Shown in pieces: positions 45,516 through 51,163 of a DNA stretch of 51,163 bases. Positions within the stretch are counted from its first letter, which is position 1; each line of letters opens with the position of its first letter. This DNA is from Macrostomum lignano. Taxonomy: Eukaryota. The notes under the pieces are model-generated. The model saw only the letters and a list, made by a program, of their open reading frames with translations, was not told where the DNA came from and did not search any database. The translations under genes were made by a program, and so were the position numbers. The stretch spans positions 1-51,163 of the forward strand of contig NIVC01001932.1 in NCBI GenBank assembly GCA_002269645.1. Reading direction: 5' to 3'.

Positions 45516-48342
45516 GGGTTTTTAGTTGGCAGAGGCTTAGCGCTTTGGTACTTGAGTGATTTTTCTGCTATGATAAATTAAGCTTTCTTTAAAACTGACC
45601 CTTTGAAACCTTGAATTTATTTCTGAAATGAAAATTTTCAAGTAGAAGCTTGTGAAAAGTACAAAATGAGTTTTACAATTTGCACATTCATAATCATTAA
45701 AGAAATTTTCTATTGAGGGTATCATATAACGAAAGTGAATATAAGGATTGTGCTGTAGAAAGCTACAATTCATTTTTTTGCAATTTTGCAATTTTCTTAT
45801 TGTATAATTTTCTTATTGTATAACAAAATTGACACAAGTAATCAATTGGGTGTGGATATTATAAGACAAAAGAATGCAAATATTTTTAGTTATAATAGTT
45901 ATAATAATAAAAAAGTAAGTTTATTATCTAACTACTAGGCCTCTCTTATTATAAGCTTATGATGAGTCTTAACACTAAAAATGTTATATTTAATATTTTG
46001 TGATAGACAAAATGACTATATTAAGTTTAATAGTTTAAGTTTAAATTTAATAGATGTAATGGCAATGAAGATTTAGAGCTAATTTGTACATTCATTTAGA
46101 TTTACAAATAGCACAAGATTGAGCAGCCTAAGGAAGTACAAAAAGGTGGCACAATAGACTTTGCAAACCCCCCAGCTTAGTGAGCCAACTAGCTTAGTGC
46201 ACCTATCCCATTAGAGCTAGATGGAGGTTGGGGAGGGTTCAAATAAATCTGCATTGGCACTTGCTAGTCACACATTCTGGCCACCATAATATTGTATTAT
46301 CATAGACAAAAAATAGTAGACAAACTGGCAGTAGACAAAATGATTGTCAATGTCAACCTATGGCACAAGTTACTTTTTTTAATGGGGTTGACACTTTGGA
46401 TAACAAAACAACAGATAAAAAATGACTAACAACTAAAACTCCAAAAGCATAGGCACTACAAAGCATGGATACTGGCCTAGGTGCATGATTTCTATTGCTA
46501 GGTCTATGCCTATGTATTTGAGCAGGTCTATAGTCATTTTAGGGCCTAATGACAAGAAAAAGACCTTTTTGGTAACAGCGATTATGGTTTTTAAGCAGAA
46601 AATTATCTTAAAAATCTTAACTGATATGAAACCTAAAATTTCCAGGGTTTGCTAAAATAGTAAAATGTTAATTCATTTCATTTTATTTAGACACTGCATA
46701 GATATAGTCTTGATTTTTCATATTTGTATGCTTTTCAAATTTGGTGAATAATTTTTTGTTTTTCTTGGTGGGCTTTTTACAAGGAGGATCCTCTATGTTT
46801 GTATCTGAATACTCTAGGAAAAACTCAAAACAATCTGCACAAAAACAATATATAATTGTAGGCCTAGCTTGATTATTTTTTAAGTTATATATGCATTTAT
46901 TTTTTGATAGACTTTTTGAAATAGCCCTTATACACAACTTTAATTTTAACAAAATGATTACAAACTGATATTTTAAAGTGTCTACTATCACTAAAATGCT
47001 CAACTCTTTGAATCTTTCATTTTTACCATAAGGTAGAGCATGTCTGTCATACTTATCTCATAGAAGCAACTTGTCACCAAAATGACTTGTCACTAAAATG
47101 ACCTATATCCCTTAAGTATATTTAAAATTATCATCAAATTAAGAATAAGAAATTATAGAGTACAGTCAAAATCATTATATTCAAAATTGTCATATTATAA
47201 CTTGACCAAATCTATAAAACTAAAACAATTAAATATGACAAATTTGACCAAAAAAGGCATATACCACATATTTATAAGGGTATTATTCGGAAAGTAGTAT
47301 TAGTTTTACTTGTAGCAGACGTTTGGTAAGTTGCATTTACAAAAGTTTGGTATTGTTTGAAAGCAGCAAGTCTTTTCTTTTAAATGACTTAAAGTGCCAT
47401 CAATTTGGATCTATATTTTAAGAGATATATGTACTTGAGTAAAGGAAGATTGGTCATAGACTTACAGAGCCTAGACACAAGCCTTCTATATAGACAATCT
47501 ACCTCATATCCTTAATGAGCCATTAGGAAACCCAATAGGCATTTAGCATGACATGAATAATATTTTGCAAATACTTGTAAACTATCTAGACTGAACAATC
47601 TAGTCTATTGGCTATTTTGTCGATGCTTTGGTGGCAGTCTTCATTGATTAAGTTGAGAATATGATCCATTAGGCCAGTATCATAGATCTTATCCTAACCT
47701 TATTATGTTCACTCATGTCAGTTCTTCCATCCTTAAAGTTGTTTACCTGCCTATTCATCATTATCTTTCTAATGGAGTAGTAGGATAGAGTTTATGGATA
47801 CTTTGATAACAGTCTTTATCAATCACGTCAAGAATATATCCAAGACAAGGTTGCCATTGGCATGGACCTTTGGTCAGTTTAGTTCTAGTTCATGTTTGTT
47901 CTTCCACGACTGAACTTGTTTACTAACTTGTTCACTACCATTGTGCTAATAGAATTGTCTCTATGTGCAGTTTGAAATTACCAAGGAAAATAGAATATCA
48001 ACTGCTTTGCACCTAGATCTCCAAAGTATAAATATAGCATAGCATGTTGTTTCCTAGTCTTTGAATGTATAGGCTAAGGCTATCTATTTGATGACTAATG
48101 ATCAAAATTAAGCAACAGTGAAGATTTTTTTTAACATAACTGGTTTAGCCTTATTTGGTCTTTTATAAGTCTATGACCAATTTCTCTCTACTTAAGTGTA
48201 CATATATCTCTTAAAATATAAAACAAAATTAATTGCAATTTAAGACATTTTAAAGAAGAGACTTGCCACTTTCTTATACTTAGGAAATTGTATTTGGAAG
48301 GTAGGAAAAAGAAGGTATAAGATATTATATTCATTTCTTTAT

Positions 48343-49069
48343 AGAAGTGCTTATCCCCACAGTCCCATGCCGATAATTCCAATTTTATCCACATAGATCT
48401 ATGTCAATAATTTTCAGCTTATCCCCATGGTAGCTTATTGAAATAGCTACTACCATTCAAGTCTATAAGCCGTGTTAATAATTCCAATTTTATCCACATA
48501 GATCCATGTCAATAATTTCCAGCTTATCCTTATGGCAGCTTATTGGAATAAAGAACCTTGAAATGAATATGTTCAAAAACTATATTTTTGTTTTCACTAT
48601 TTTATAAATCTTCTAAATAAACTATATATATTGAATACTAAATAGTATCAAGTAAGTACTTTGTTAAAACTTTTTGTCATTAAAAGGGTTAATTTTAAAT
48701 ATTTGCTTAGCTGCTGGCTTTAGGCCTATTTAGAACAACCAAACATCTCAAGGATTGAGAGAAATAAGACTTGCAAAATTCAACTATATTATGGGCCTAA
48801 TAATATTTTAATAATAATAAAAATATCAATTTAACATCAATACACAAAACTAAACACAAACAATTGAACAATCTTAGCCATGGGGATAAGCTGAAAATTA
48901 TGGTTAAAATGTGGTTAAAATTGTAATTATTGACATGGCTTATATAGACTTGAATGGTGACAGCTATTATTTTAAATAAGCTGCTGTGGGGATAAGCTAG
49001 AAATTATTGACATGGATTTGTGGATAAAATTGGAATTATCAGCACGGGACTGTGGGGATAAGCACTTCC
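48343..49069. mobile_element. About 730-bp Mutator-like MITE with long TIRs
   Basis: TIR GAAGTGCTTATCCCCACAGTCCC..TTATCCACA from 48344 and its reverse complement ending at 49068 (2 mismatches in the first 49 nt), internally sub-repeated over about 200 bp. TSD TTTCTTTAT at 48334-48342 and 49070-49078. Confidence 0.8.
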
Positions 49070-51163
49070 TTTCTTTATATTCATTCAGCATAAAATGCTA
49101 AGATTAATATTAATAACAATTTAGATAATTTAGTTTAGTTGCTTTCCTTGTAAACTATATATGACAATATAGAATATGACAACCTTGGGCAGAGCCAAAA
49201 TTATATACTGCAAAATCAAAACTGCATAAAACAAAAACTCTTTTATATCTCAAAGAATAACAAATAACCTAATAAAGTTAGGTTAAGCCTAGGCCTAACT
49301 ATGCCCATCAATGAGCATGAAAATGTGTTTCTAGTATTCTATGCAGCTAGCAGCTGCTCATCAGCTCATGTAGGATCAAAGTTTAACTGCCTGCGCACTT
49401 GCAAACACAAGTGTCTATCGATGCATTTCTATTAGGCCTAGGGCCTATGGCTCCAAAAGTGATCAATTGTATATTACTTAATATTGATAACCCTTTCATG
49501 CCTTGTCTGACTCTGGAACTTGTGTTAAAGGTCGCCAATAACTTTGGCAACAGTTCATTCTTGCAACAAGAACATAGGCCTAGTTTAAAAGTCGTCTTTT
49601 TTCAGTCGTAGGGCCTAGGCCTATTCAATGCTGTTTGATTGAAACCATTGAAGTCGATTGTCGAAGACGAAGAGCATGATCCTTGAAAAATGTAATTAAA
49701 GACTTATCAGGTGTCTAAGCAAGTTCACAATCACGAACGCTACACGGTGAGCCTGACAACAATTTAAGCAGTCGACGTAACCACGTAAAGTATAAGTTCA
49801 GAAATAATAAGAGAAACAGGACATCCGAAATTGTTATTCTATTTTTAAACTGGCGAAAAAATAGAAAGAGAAGTTCTGGTTTAAACATATTTTTAAACAT
49901 AAATAAAGCTTAAGAAAAGAAATGTTCATTTATCATTATAGTATTATATTATTTTTTGGAACATAAGTTCAAGTTTTTATTTTTATGAGTTATGGTACAT
50001 GTAACAAAATTTGAAAACCAAAATTCAAATCTCGACTTTTACTGAGATTAAAAATATAAATTATTATTTTAGTTCAGTGAGTATACTTGTTTAATTTAAT
50101 AATTAAAATAATATACATGCATGCCTAATTAATCGATCGAGATTTTCAATAAAAATGTACTTTGCTTCAGTGTTCTTTGCTAATGAATTATTTGACGTTT
50201 TTTATATGAGAAATAGACTTTCAATAAAATGTCACTAAATGTGGCTGGTAAGATTAGAATTTGATTAATATTATGGATTATGCTAGTTAATGCTGTTATG
50301 ACCATGGGCAAATGTTCTTAGTTCACCAAGGCTTTTTCTTCAATATTTTTTTCTTTTTTCATTAACTAGGCCTAAAAGAAAAACTTTAAAATTAAAAATA
50401 TGGCAATCTTCAAGTTTCGTTCGTTTAATTATTTCCGGAATTATTTCGCCCTCTATTCAAGGGTGGTGGGGGGTGGGTGTTGGAATTAAACGAACGAAAC
50501 TTGAAGATAACCAAAAATATTTATTTGACTTTCATTGGGACAACAATAAACTATAGGCCTATTATCTTTTTATAGAAATGACTTTAAAAACTGTGACACT
50601 TATGAGCATACAAAAAATTGAACTTATGTTTTTGGTAAGTTTTAGCATAAATTGTCTTTAAATGCAAAGCCAATATAATAAGCTAATACCAATAGGAAGG
50701 CAGCCTCCCTTAAGATATCCCAGAGCCATAAATATAATTAATTGAACTCATTGATTGTAGCCCTATTGCTAGAAGAACTCAAGGCCCATAGTTCAGAAGG
50801 CGACATGTATGCCAAGATTTCCTGGCATACAACAAGGGTCTTACCATTTTTCAATATATATTAGGGTATATCTCTCAGCATATATACACAAAAGATACAT
50901 TGTGTCAAATGATTTTTTGCATAACATGGTTTTTGTTCATTATATTATTTCTTGTTTTGAATTTGTTCCAGCTTACATAGAAATGGCTGGACGACCATCG
51001 GCTCCTCTTCCTACAAATGCACTGCCAAATCACACATCTGTAAACCACTGGCTCCATTTTGTGGACCCCCAGGACCCAACGGTTTATACGAACACTATTG
51101 AGGGAACATGTGCGCATTGCAGGCGAAGTTTCGCACATGTATGGGACGGATGATGGTCTATTT

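Overview
Eukaryotic animal genomic DNA, most likely a free-living flatworm such as Macrostomum. This is an inference from the flatworm-type paramyosin, the very GC-rich exons, the TTAGGG repeat and introns packed with minisatellites. I rebuilt six protein-coding genes by eye from GT-AG boundaries and remembered homologues: (1) a Contactin with a C-type-lectin domain plus 6 Ig domains (- strand, runs off the left edge, three apparent frameshifts in the last visible exon); (2) TRIM37 (+, 7 exons); (3) paramyosin (+, 9 exons, about 874 aa); (4) a protein with an ATRX-type ADD domain but no SNF2 helicase (-, 3 coding exons, about 855 aa); (5) MAP2K4/MKK4 (-, 3 coding exons, one 1-nt frameshift); (6) a shugoshin-like gene (-, single ORF). 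Non-coding DNA holds more than 20 unrelated tandem arrays, a tRNA-headed CORE-type SINE, several TIR elements (one only 34 bp, with an 8-bp TSD) and a (GGGTTA)5 insertion flanked by a 13-bp duplication. The most interesting signals are the helicase-less ADD gene, the telomerase-like insertion, intronic minisatellites whose units carry splice signals in the host gene's sense orientation, MEF2 and CArG motifs in the paramyosin introns, and a strongly enriched TAGGCCTA palindrome. No database searches were run; all homology calls are from memory.
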